From contig JAKPMO010000025.1 of NCBI GenBank assembly GCA_029548865.1, positions 1 through 17,683 on the forward strand: DNA of 17,683 nt. The letters run 5' to 3'. This document shows, piece by piece, positions 7,878-17,600 of the stretch; the first letter of the stretch is position 1; each line of letters starts with the position of its first letter. Below the pieces are notes generated by a model, which worked only from the letters and a program-made list of their open reading frames with translations, was not told where the DNA came from and did not search any database. Position numbers and translations under genes: made by a program. The stretch comes from Caldisericota bacterium. Its GTDB lineage: Bacteria > Caldisericota > Caldisericia > JAAYUI01.

Positions 7878-8909
7878 ATGAACATTCAAATCAGAAAAGT
7901 TGAAAACGAAGAGTTAAGGACAACATTGTTTTTGCAGTACAAAGCGCATGCAACCATGATGCTCCACGAGGCGGAGCCTGAAATGAAACCGATATCGGAC
8001 GAGATGGCGATGCAGTGGCTTGATGACAAGTATGAAGTATCCATAAGAAATTATGCCTTTGAAGGCGAGAAAATTGTTGGCGATGCGGAAATATATTTAA
8101 GAAAACCGGATGATCCAGAATATGAACTGAACAAAGGTCTTGGTTATATATTTGGTTATGTGGAGCCCAAATATAGGAACAGAGGCATTGGTACAAGTTT
8201 GGCCAAAAAAGCTTTTCTGGACATCAAAGACAGTTGTGTCCACACGATTAGCTCACACTCTTATTCGGAAGAGGGCAACAGGTTTCTTCAAAAATTTGGT
8301 GTGCCTTCCTCGGTTTTTTCTGACATGAGGCTCGAGCTTGACGGGTTTGACTGGAACATTGTTGACGGATGGCTTAAGATTGCAGAAAAATCTGAAAACA
8401 ACTGGAAAATTGAACTGCACACCAAAATAACGGACCAGTTTATCGATGATGTCAGCGACCTGTCTTTCGCCACAGCGGTTGAATTCAAGAAAATGAACAA
8501 CCAGGAAACAATAGACCTGAGGGAGGCAGAGAAAAAGAAGTGGCAGGATTCCAAGGAGTTTCTTGAAAAATTCAGGCAGTATCGCTGTTTTCTGGTCAAA
8601 GATGCAAACGGGGTGGTCATCGGCTTTACCGAGGGTGGCATCGACAATGAAAACACTTACAGATTCATACAGTATGTGACAGCTGTTGATGCAGGACATC
8701 GCGGAAGCGGCATTGGCAAACTGCTCAAGGCCCTGATGCTCGACCACATCAGGCAGAACAATCCCCAGGTCAAGATGATCACAACAGGCAACAATGATCT
8801 GAATGCCCCGATGCTTGGGATTAACTCCAGACTGGGTTTCAAAAAACACAAGACCCAAATCAGCTACAAGATTTGTGTTGAGGAGGCTTTGAAGAGGTTG
8901 GGAATATAA
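7878..8909 (+). CDS. Tandem (two-domain) GNAT family N-acetyltransferase, ~343 aa
   Basis: Two acetyl-CoA binding motif A copies (VEPKYRNRGIGTSL and VDAGHRGSGIGKLLK) and C-terminal TGNNDLNAPMLGINSRLGF. Start set at ATG 7878 with SD GGGAG at 7868-7872. The track's start at 7779 overlaps the kinase gene. Confidence 0.88.
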   Translation: MNIQIRKVENEELRTTLFLQYKAHATMMLHEAEPEMKPISDEMAMQWLDDKYEVSIRNYAFEGEKIVGDAEIYLRKPDDPEYELNKGLGYIFGYVEPKYRNRGIGTSLAKKAFLDIKDSCVHTISSHSYSEEGNRFLQKFGVPSSVFSDMRLELDGFDWNIVDGWLKIAEKSENNWKIELHTKITDQFIDDVSDLSFATAVEFKKMNNQETIDLREAEKKKWQDSKEFLEKFRQYRCFLVKDANGVVIGFTEGGIDNENTYRFIQYVTAVDAGHRGSGIGKLLKALMLDHIRQNNPQVKMITTGNNDLNAPMLGINSRLGFKKHKTQISYKICVEEALKRLGI

Positions 8910-8945
8910 AATTGTAGTTTTTTCTAGAGATTAGATAGAATTGAG

Positions 8946-8984
8946 AAAAAATATGCCCCTGAGTGATAAACTTGGGGGCATTTC
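8946..8984. terminator. Probable bidirectional terminator between the convergent GNAT and orphan genes
   Basis: Stem ATGCCCCTGAG (8953-8963) / CTTGGGGGCAT (8971-8981), flanked by A6 on the left and a short T run on the right. Confidence 0.7.
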
Positions 8985-8996
8985 AAGCTCAACGTT

Positions 8997-9326
8997 TTAT
9001 TTCCCCTTTTGTTCTTGAATTAATTTTTCAATTTTATCTGCAATAGCGTTTGATTGCTCAAAATTGTATGTTATGAGGTTCGGATTATTGTAATCAGGTA
9101 AATTCCTTATTTGTGTTGCAAGCCTTGATACCCGTGAATCATCTGGCTCTAAACCAACAAGGCTATAAAGTAATTCCAGCACAGGTTGCATACCTGACCC
9201 GCCGCATACCCCTTTATAGACAGGGATTCTAGCTCTCTTCAAGGTTTCCATAAAAGCAAATGCCGATACTCCACCATCTTCAACAATTTTCACCAATTTA
9301 TCAAAGAATTCCTTGTTTGTTTTCAA
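8997..9326 (-). CDS. Hypothetical protein, 109 aa
   Basis: TTG start with SD AGGAGG 6 nt upstream, its own consensus promoter and a terminator. No family recognised. Confidence 0.75.
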   Translation of the reverse strand: MKTNKEFFDKLVKIVEDGGVSAFAFMETLKRARIPVYKGVCGGSGMQPVLELLYSLVGLEPDDSRVSRLATQIRNLPDYNNPNLITYNFEQSNAIADKIEKLIQEQKGK

Positions 9327-9387
9327 TGTTGTCCTCCTAATATTTTGTATTAATTTATTCCATATTCCCTTGGGGATTTATGAAAAC

Positions 9388-9415
9388 ATTATATCATAAA
9401 ATATAATTTTGTCAA
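9388..9415 (-). promoter_or_regulatory. Consensus sigma70 promoter of the 109-aa gene
   Basis: Minus strand reads TTGACA-16 nt-TATAAT with an extended -10 TG (TGATATAAT). Confidence 0.8.
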
Positions 9416-9493
9416 GTAGCTAAAATAACACAATAAGGCGCATCTGATAGGTAGAACACTCTAATTATACAAATAATATGAGTATTCTCATTT

Positions 9494-10528
9494 TTACACT
9501 TTTTCGGTCTTCAAATACTCCACCAGCAATTTCGAAGTGGCCTCGATTGCGTCCTTGTGGGTGCGCTCCATCGAATGGCTGGCCTGAACACCCGGCCCGA
9601 TGAGGCCGGCCCTCAGGTCATGGCCGCCGTGGAGGGCCGCAGATGCATCGCTCCCGTAGAACGGGTAGATGTCCACCGCGTATTTGATTTTGTTTGCTTT
9701 TGCAAGGTCGACCAGCTGGTTTGTCAGGGCGTAGTCGTAGGGGCCGGAAGAGTCCTTGGCGCAGATCGAGACGCAGTATTCGTCGGTTGAGAGGTCGAGC
9801 CCGATTGCGCCCATGTCCACGGCCAGGATTTCGTTGGCCTCTGGGACAAAGCTTGCGCCATGGCCGACTTCTTCGTAGTTGGTTATGATTGCCGTGAAGG
9901 GGTGTGCTGGCGTTATTTTTTCCTCGGAGATTGCCTGAAGGGCACAAAAAATACAGGCCGTTCCAGCCTTGTCGTCCAGATGTCTGGTTTTTATGAAGCC
10001 AGATTCTGTGACGATTGTCCTTGGGTCCCAGGCTATGAAATCTCCTGCCGAGATGCCCAGTTTTTCGGTGTCTTCCTTGGAACAGACGCGCTCGTCGAGC
10101 CTTATCACCATGTTCTCGGGTTTTCTCTCGAGTTCCCTGGCGTTTGGGTGGACGTGCACCGAAGGGTCGGTTGTCAGGCATGTTCCGGTGTAGGTTTTCC
10201 CGCTCCTTGTGAAAATCTGGCAGTACTCGCCTTCCACTGTCTGCATCATGTAGCCGCCGATTGGCGTAAATTTCAGCCAGCCGTTTGAATCTATGGAGCG
10301 CACCATTGCGCCGAGGGTGTCAACATGGCCGGAGACGAGCCTCCTGAAGGACGCGTCCTTGCCGGGAACATCAACCAGCAGCCCACCCTTGTTGTTTCTT
10401 CTTGTTGCAAACCCGAGCGATCTTGCCTCGCGCTCGCACCTGTCTATTGCCGCCATGGCAAAGCCTGTCGGGCTTGGGGTCTTGCAGATCTCTTCAAGAA
10501 ATTTTACCGCGTAGTCAATGTTTGCCAT
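9494..10528 (-). CDS. M42 family metallo-aminopeptidase
   Basis: TPSPTG N-terminus and metal-ligand motifs GHVDTLG, RHLDDKAG, YEEVG, AVDM and SHSMERTH. SD GAGGTG. Confidence 0.92.
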   Translation of the reverse strand: MANIDYAVKFLEEICKTPSPTGFAMAAIDRCEREARSLGFATRRNNKGGLLVDVPGKDASFRRLVSGHVDTLGAMVRSIDSNGWLKFTPIGGYMMQTVEGEYCQIFTRSGKTYTGTCLTTDPSVHVHPNARELERKPENMVIRLDERVCSKEDTEKLGISAGDFIAWDPRTIVTESGFIKTRHLDDKAGTACIFCALQAISEEKITPAHPFTAIITNYEEVGHGASFVPEANEILAVDMGAIGLDLSTDEYCVSICAKDSSGPYDYALTNQLVDLAKANKIKYAVDIYPFYGSDASAALHGGHDLRAGLIGPGVQASHSMERTHKDAIEATSKLLVEYLKTEKV

Positions 10529-10573
10529 GTTTCACCTCTTTTGTCTGCCAATTCTATCATTGCCGGTGGAAAC

Positions 10574-10606
10574 AAAAAAGGGCGACCTTTTGGGCCGCCC
10601 TTTTTT
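10574..10606 (-). terminator. Rho-independent terminator after the 578-aa protease gene (symmetric, potentially bidirectional)
   Basis: AAAAAAGGGCGACC-loop-GGCCGCCCTTTTTT. The single mismatch on the plus strand is a G-U pair on the minus strand. Confidence 0.85.
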
Positions 10607-10624
10607 CGATGACTGGTGAGTCAA

Positions 10625-12361
10625 TCAAATTTTTGACTTGTAGTTTTTTGACATCATGAGGAAATCCATGAGGTCGACCTTCTGGTCGTTGTTGAAGTCT
10701 GCATCCTTGTAGTAGTTTGGGTCGCCAAGCGAGCTGTTGAAGTACTTCGCAAACAGTTCGACATCTGCATCGTCCACGACCCCGTCGAGGTTTACATCTC
10801 CCGGGATCGGGGCCACGTCAACAACTACCTTCACCCTTCCGGTGCCGGCGTTGCCGTCGTATTTGATGTATCCACTGTTGAAGCCGTACTTGAGTGAAGC
10901 CGTATTAATTGTTACATTTATCGGCTCTTCATTGCCAATAAAGCTTGTTCTGTCAATGTTGATCCATTGGGAGTCAGACTTGAGCATTGCCTGGAGTTTT
11001 TTTGGGCCGATGTTGTAGAATGTGAGGTCCTGGCTGGCCATTTCACCTTTGACTACCCTTCCGAAAGACAGGGTGTCCAGCACTTGCATGATTGGAACCT
11101 GTGGGGTGTCATAGCTTAGCCTGAAGGTCATCTTTTCACCGACTGAAGAGATCTTGTCAATCCTCAAAGTCTTTTTGGAGTCGTTTTTCTCATATGGCAG
11201 AGTGTTGGGTATCGAGTCGGCGCTGATGGCGACTTTTCCATAGTTGTCCCCGTACATTGCTGTTTTGTGGAGTGGTGATCCACCTGGATCAAGAACCTCT
11301 ATGCCAACAGTTTTCCACTCTTTTGTTCTTGTGTTGAAAAGATGTTTGTACTCTCTGCGATCATCGACATGGTAAACAATCATGCCATTTCCGGGACAAC
11401 CCTGGAAATAGCCATCTCCTCCGTGCCTTTGCCTATTTTCAACAAGAAGCCACTCGACATCGGAGCCTGGAAGCGGGATTTTGTACATTTTGTGTGGGCC
11501 ATCACCATTCAGGTCATCGACTTCATAAGTCCCTGGCTCGGTGATTGTTTCTGGTTCTATCCAGTTGGCTTTCCATCTCTGGTAGGAGTTGATCCCGCAA
11601 TATCCGTCCCATACACCTGCGGCCATGAGGTCCCAGCCACCAACGGGGTCAGATGTGTATGAATAATCATACAGATCGTAAAGTTCGCCCATTGCATGGA
11701 AATATTCGTGAAGGAGTGTAATCAACGGAAAACCACCAACTCTGACATCTTCGCCAATGCTTATGATGTTGCCTATTTCCATTGGCATTGTGAAATCCCC
11801 AGGCTTGTCTCCACCTACAGTGTAGGAATTGCCGGCCCAAATAACTATTGTCAGATCAGGGAACCCGTTCCCATCCTCATCGTATTCGAGTGGGTCGATG
11901 CCATATTTTATTGCTGTTGCAAAGGCATCATTGAAGAGGGAGTCCATGTCTTCATAATCATTGTATGGTTTTGGCATCATCATCCACTCTGGAATGCCTT
12001 TTTCACCGTAGGTTGGCCTGTATTTGCCATACGAGGATATCTCGTAAAAATTGAGGAGGCTTCTTTGAGTCTGTGAGATGAATTTTTCCCTTATACTGCC
12101 TGCGGCAATGGTCCATCTGCAATCGGGGAATTCCATTGGGAGAACAAGGACCTTTTGGTCACCAAGATGTTTCGTTGGCCTTATGGTCGAGTGCACCATT
12201 GATGGCGGTATTTTCCCACCATTCGACATGGCGATGTTTTTTACCTTGGAAAGTGGCATTTTCATGATGTCACAGGTTGTGTCACACTCTGAAGCTTTGG
12301 CAACAATCCATATCGGTGAAACCAAAGACAGGATCAGCGCGAAAGTCAATAATTTTTTCAT
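10625..12361 (-). CDS. Secreted M6 (immune inhibitor A-like) metalloprotease with an Ig-like/BACON-type domain and C-terminal dockerin-like domain
   Basis: Signal peptide; KVLVLPMEFPD; zinc motif HEYFHAMGELYDLYD; Met-turn VGGWDLMAAG; LVENRQ; IVYHVD. The C-terminus has duplicated Ca-binding loops GDVNLDGVVDDAD / ADFNNDQKVDLMD. Confidence 0.88.
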   Translation of the reverse strand: MKKLLTFALILSLVSPIWIVAKASECDTTCDIMKMPLSKVKNIAMSNGGKIPPSMVHSTIRPTKHLGDQKVLVLPMEFPDCRWTIAAGSIREKFISQTQRSLLNFYEISSYGKYRPTYGEKGIPEWMMMPKPYNDYEDMDSLFNDAFATAIKYGIDPLEYDEDGNGFPDLTIVIWAGNSYTVGGDKPGDFTMPMEIGNIISIGEDVRVGGFPLITLLHEYFHAMGELYDLYDYSYTSDPVGGWDLMAAGVWDGYCGINSYQRWKANWIEPETITEPGTYEVDDLNGDGPHKMYKIPLPGSDVEWLLVENRQRHGGDGYFQGCPGNGMIVYHVDDRREYKHLFNTRTKEWKTVGIEVLDPGGSPLHKTAMYGDNYGKVAISADSIPNTLPYEKNDSKKTLRIDKISSVGEKMTFRLSYDTPQVPIMQVLDTLSFGRVVKGEMASQDLTFYNIGPKKLQAMLKSDSQWINIDRTSFIGNEEPINVTINTASLKYGFNSGYIKYDGNAGTGRVKVVVDVAPIPGDVNLDGVVDDADVELFAKYFNSSLGDPNYYKDADFNNDQKVDLMDFLMMSKNYKSKI

Positions 12362-12370
12362 TTACAAACT

Positions 12371-12398
12371 AGAATACCACGGGTTGATGGCATGTAAA
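12371..12398 (-). promoter_or_regulatory. Putative promoter of the 578-aa protease (near-leaderless)
   Basis: TTTACA-16 nt-TATTCT with TG extension, 9 nt upstream of the ATG. No SD. Confidence 0.55.
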
Positions 12399-12502
12399 CA
12401 AAAAGACAAAACCTGAAAGAAGCGTGTTTTTATCTAAATGATCACGCTTACCCCCCTAGTACTTTTTAAGAATTGATTAGAATGGTTTAACTATTGTAAA
12501 TA

Positions 12503-14221
12503 TTACTTTCTGCCAATATTTCTCGCAAGGAGCATTAAGTCCAACCAATCAATAATTCCATCTTTGTTTAGGTCAGCCTCCTTCTTGTACCCCTCTTGAC
12601 CTTCGCTTTTTCCAAAGCAAGCAACCAATTCGTCAAAATCTTTTTCGTCAACTTTTTGGTCAAGATTGATGTCACCCATTATAGGCACCACCTCAACCGA
12701 AACGATAACTTTTCCTAACGTTGATGAGCAATTGAATGATATTTGACCTTTGTTTATTCCATAGGGGAGTTGTGACGTATCAATAGTCACGATGATGGCT
12801 TCATCATTGCCAATAAAGCTTGTTCTGTCGAGAGTTATCCATTTGCAGTCGGTTTTCAGGAAAGCCTGGAGTTTTCCTGCACCAGCATTTGTAAATTTGA
12901 GTTCCTGTGTTTTAGTGGTACCTTTTTCAACCTGGTCAAAAGGCAATTGTTCGTTTACTCTGACAAGTGGGATCTGTGGACTTTCAAATGTGACCTTGAA
13001 AGTCATTTTGGATCCTACATTTGAAATATCGCTTATGCAGAGAGTTTCTCTGGAGCTATTTGTAACATATGGCAGGGTGTTCGGAATGGTGGTACCGCTA
13101 ATTTTTGTTTTTCCGATATCAGCCCCAAAATTGGCGGTTTTGTGCAAAGGGGCACCACCAGGATCAAGAATGACAATTCCAGGCGTGCTCCATTCTGAGG
13201 TGATGGTGTTGAATCTTCCTCCATACGGCCTCCTATCGTCTACATGATACATTACAATGCCATTTCCTGGACAACCATTGTAGTATCCGTCTGCCCCATG
13301 TTTTTGCCTGTTTTCTACAAGTACCCATTCATCTATTGATCCGGGTATCTGGATTTTGTATGCTTTGTGTTCCCCATCCCCGTTAAGATCATCAATCTCA
13401 TAGGTGCCGGGTTCTGTTATTGTTTCTATATCGACCCAGCCAGCATTAAAACGACTGAAAGATGACATTCCCCAATAATTTTCCTCAAGACCAGATCCCA
13501 TGAGGTCCCAGCCCCCAACCGGATCAACTATGTGTGAATAATCATAGAGATCGTAAAGTCCGCCCATCCCGTGAAAGAATTCGTGTAGTGTTGTTCCAAG
13601 TGGGAAGCCTCCTTCACGTATGTTCTCACCAATGCTTATGAGTGGAAATGGAACGTCGCCGCGATAGAAATCCCCTGGGACGCTCTTCGTCCCGTCTCCA
13701 TAGCTGTTCCCGGCCCAGATGAAGATTGTCAGGTCCGGGTAGCCATTCCCATCTTCATCATATTCCTCGATTTTGAGCCCTTTTTCCTGTGCAGCTTTGT
13801 ATGCGTCTGGTCCCATGCTTAAAACCATTACATAGTCCGGAACTTCCATTTGATTGTATTCTTCTATTGTTTTTGGCATTTTTATCCAGTCATGCAGGAA
13901 AAATGAGCCAAAATCAATTTTGAGTTTTCCGCCTGAGGCAGTGTCAAAGTAGTTTTTAAGGCTTTTTACCTTGTCAGAAACGAATTTCTCCTCGGCGCTC
14001 TTATAGGTCATGACACCTTTTTGGTCAGGAAACTCCATCAGAAGCACCAAAACTTTTTGCACCCCAACGCTCTTTATTGCGGAAGCAGGTTTGAGTGGAT
14101 GGGCCAGTTTTGGCAGCTGGGGAGGCTGTTTTGAGGTTGCGGATTCTGGCGGCAACCAGTAATTAGAAGCAAGCATGAAAGACAGAAAAACCATCAATGA
14201 TATTTTCGTTTTCTCCCACAT
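12503..14221 (-). CDS. Secreted M6-like metalloprotease with C-terminal dockerin-like domain (tandem paralog)
   Basis: Colinear with 10625-12361: KVLVLLMEFPD, HEFFHGMGGLYDLYD, VGGWDLMGSG, LVENRQ, and GDINLDQKVDEKD / ADLNKDGIIDWLD. Confidence 0.88.
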   Translation of the reverse strand: MWEKTKISLMVFLSFMLASNYWLPPESATSKQPPQLPKLAHPLKPASAIKSVGVQKVLVLLMEFPDQKGVMTYKSAEEKFVSDKVKSLKNYFDTASGGKLKIDFGSFFLHDWIKMPKTIEEYNQMEVPDYVMVLSMGPDAYKAAQEKGLKIEEYDEDGNGYPDLTIFIWAGNSYGDGTKSVPGDFYRGDVPFPLISIGENIREGGFPLGTTLHEFFHGMGGLYDLYDYSHIVDPVGGWDLMGSGLEENYWGMSSFSRFNAGWVDIETITEPGTYEIDDLNGDGEHKAYKIQIPGSIDEWVLVENRQKHGADGYYNGCPGNGIVMYHVDDRRPYGGRFNTITSEWSTPGIVILDPGGAPLHKTANFGADIGKTKISGTTIPNTLPYVTNSSRETLCISDISNVGSKMTFKVTFESPQIPLVRVNEQLPFDQVEKGTTKTQELKFTNAGAGKLQAFLKTDCKWITLDRTSFIGNDEAIIVTIDTSQLPYGINKGQISFNCSSTLGKVIVSVEVVPIMGDINLDQKVDEKDFDELVACFGKSEGQEGYKKEADLNKDGIIDWLDLMLLARNIGRK

Positions 14222-14614
14222 AACTCCAATTTACCCCTTGGGCGTTTTTTTGAAAACCAATGATTGTTAAGTCAATTTGTCGAAAATAACAAATATACAG
14301 GTCGAAGGTAACTGAAAAAACTGGATAAAATGCTTCTGGAAAAGAAAAAATCATTTTTTATCAATTTCTGGTAAATACCGAAAAAATAATACATTAAATT
14401 ATTCTAAATAAATATATCTAAAATATTAAAACATTCATTGGGTCTATATTATTCATATAGATAATGAATATTATATATAATAACCTTCACATAAATCTGA
14501 TTTAATACGTATTATTTATATGATTAAACATTGAAAAAATATAAAAAAATAGTTGACAAAAATTACTATATTCAATGATATGGTTAAAGATTTTAATTTA
14601 TATATGGAGGAGTT

Positions 14615-17600
14615 ATGAAAAAGCTTATTGTGGCGATGATGTCTTTTATCGTGGCCACTGTTTCGACTACGGTTTTTGTACCTATTTCATCTGCTTTTTT
14701 GGGTTGGGCAGGTGCGAATAATTCCAAGTACATTCCTACGAATAATACCCAGCCTTATGATATAAATATCAGCAGGAATATTGGTAATTCAAAACGCCCA
14801 TGTATTGCGGTAGATTCTCATGGTATACCACACGTTGTTTGGCAGGATAACCATGAAACCAAATTTGGCACTTATGAAATCATGTATGTTAAATGGGACC
14901 CCGTCAAAAAGAACTGGGTTGGTGCCAGCGGGTCTGTTTATGACCCATCAGTGGAGCCTGAAGATCAGCCGGCAGATATAAACGTCAGCTACAATATAAA
15001 AGATTCTGTAATGCCAAAGATCGTTCTGGACACAAATGACCGTCCGCACATTGTGTGGGTCGATGAAACAGGTAATGATGCTGATATATTCTATGTATAT
15101 TGGGAACCGGGTCTTCCGTCTGGTCCAGGCTGGGCAAGGGCAGATCACACCAAGTATAATGGAAGCAACGCTGATGTTTGTTTGAATACCGGGACATCCT
15201 GTCAGCCAACTTTCGATCTCGATTCAAATAATATCCCCTTTATTGCATGGACAGACACTGAATATGGCAATGCCGAGATTCTTTGTGTAAAATGGGACGA
15301 GACAAATCATAGATGGGCCTGCGTTGATGGAAGCGAGTATAAGGCAAATGGTCCCTTCTGCCATGGGATCGTGTCAAACAACAGCGGTCTTTCGGTGGAG
15401 CCATCACTAAAGATAGACAAATCAACAAATACACTTCACCTTGCATGGGCCGATCAGTCATATCAAACAAATTCAAAAACCAACTATGAGATAATGTATG
15501 CAAGATGGAATGGGGCCTCCTGGGTAGGTGCAAACGGTTCTGCCTATGATGCTTCAACGGGTGCAAATGCCAATATGAGCAACAATATTGGTGATTCCAG
15601 GGCTCCGTCACTTGACTTGGATTCAAATGGCAGACCAAATATCGCATGGCAGGAGGCGACCTGCACGGTTGGTATTGGTGAAATTCTTTATGCGCGTTGG
15701 AATGGAAATAGCTGGGTGGGCGCAAACGGGAGCACTTACAATCCTATCAATTGTGCGAATGCATTGGTTTCGGACAGCTCAGTCGGATCAAAACACCCAA
15801 AATTGGTGCTTGATTCCAAAAATGACCCACACCTGGTCTGGTATGTAAATACCAATGATGGTGTTTCCGAAATCATTTATACCTACTGGAAACCATCTCT
15901 CTCGGGCTGGTACTATCCAGATGGGGACTAGTACACAAACACAAATTCAAATGTGAGCAAGAATAAGGGTAGTTCACTTTTCCCGTGCCTTGCGCTTGAT
16001 TCATCGGATGCACCGCACATTGTGTGGGAGGACAGATCGTATCCACTTGATAATGAATGTCTGAAAAAGAACATTGGCAATAAAGAGGTTGCCTCACAAA
16101 ATAGCTTGAGTGATTCACCAAATTCTGTTGTGGCACCTCCAAGATTTGATTGTGGCAACGAGGAAGATGAAGATGAATCTTGCTCAACCCAAAACAAGTT
16201 TGAGACAATGTATGTGCACTGGCATGATGCTTTTACTGGCACCTTCACTTTTACAAAAGGTGTAGATACTGATGGTGACGGCATTTATGATGATACAGGC
16301 GAAGCTGTTTACTTTGGGACGACTATACACTTCAGATTGTCTTGGATCTTTGAAAATCCAAATGGGGAAAATCTTGTAGATGCTTATGTTTTTGATGTTG
16401 TGCCCAATGGTACTGAATATGTTCAGGGGGCAGTCCCAGTTACAAGCATGTCCTACTCATTAGATGGTGGTGCTAACTGGGTTCCTGGTGAACCTGCAGA
16501 TGGAACACCAGCCGGTACGGTTCTCAGGTGGTTTATTGCGGATGGTACCACTTCAATTGACGTATTTTTCTCAGTTAAACTGCTTGATGGTGAAGATACG
16601 ATACAGATTGAGAACAAAGGAAGCTTCACCCACAGCCAAGATGAGGGTATACCGATCTATACAAATACAGTGTATGTTGTAAGTGAGAAAAATCCTGATG
16701 ATGGTGGAGGCGATGATGGCGGTGATGGCGGTGGCGGTAGTAGCGGGGGGACCCCGCGTCCGTATACAGTCAATCTTATAAAGTCTGTAGATGTGAATGG
16801 TGATGGATCGTTTGATGATTGTGGCAAAAAGGTCAATTCAGGCTCTACAATAACCTATCAGATCAACTGGAAAATGGATAATCCAGACGATGTCCCAGTC
16901 GGTGGTTTCATATATGATACGATCCCGCAGGACACTTTTTATGTTGGTGATTCTGCCACCCAAAGTGGTCTTGCCTATTCCCCAAATGGAAGTTCCAATT
17001 GGATTTGGGGCGATCCTCCGCATCTTGCGCCTGGTGGCACTAAATTGAGATGGAATGCTGGTTTGAAATGGGTTGGAACCGAGAACATGTTCTTTGATCC
17101 AAAGAAATCGACGCAGCCAAAAGAAATCAATATTAGTGAAGATATTTGGAGTTCCGAAGACCCTTCGATTGCCATAGACTCTAAAGGTGTGCCGCATCTC
17201 TGTTGGGCATGCAAAGTCAATGGCAATTTTGATATTTATTATGTAAAGTGGGATCATATAAAATTGCAATGGGTGGGAGCCAATGGGTCTATTTACATAC
17301 CTGGCAATGCCGTCCAGCCATTAGACATAAATATTAGCCGCAACCCTCTTGATTCCAAAAAACCCTCTCTTGTTCTTGACTCGAATGATATGCCGTATAT
17401 CGCATGGGAAGAGAACTCCTATTCCTCCCAGTACAAAGATATTTTTTATGTGCACTGGAATGATACAATAAAAGACTGGGTGGGTGCTGGGAATTCTGTT
17501 TACAACCCTGGTGGTGGACAACCTCTGGATATAAATGTTTCCAGGAATTCGAACTATTCGGTTTCCCCACAGCTTAGACTTGATAGCTTTGGGATACCTA

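Noticed and set aside
7201..8858. Long antisense ORFs (129-205 aa) opposite the RIO kinase and GNAT genes
   Set aside because: They show no recognisable motifs and are typical reverse-frame shadows of well-supported genes.
15500..15740. Near-repeated DNA encoding ARWNGxSWVGANGSxY, considered as CRISPR or DGR template/variable repeats
   Set aside because: These are in-frame protein repeats differing mostly at synonymous positions. There is no spacer structure, no adenine-specific variation pattern, and no reverse transcriptase or cas gene in the window.
14615..15931. Treating the 438-aa ORF as a complete stand-alone gene followed by a separate gene
   Set aside because: The stop falls within a repeat unit, the same frame continues the repeat seamlessly, and no SD/start or signal peptide is evident for a separate downstream gene.
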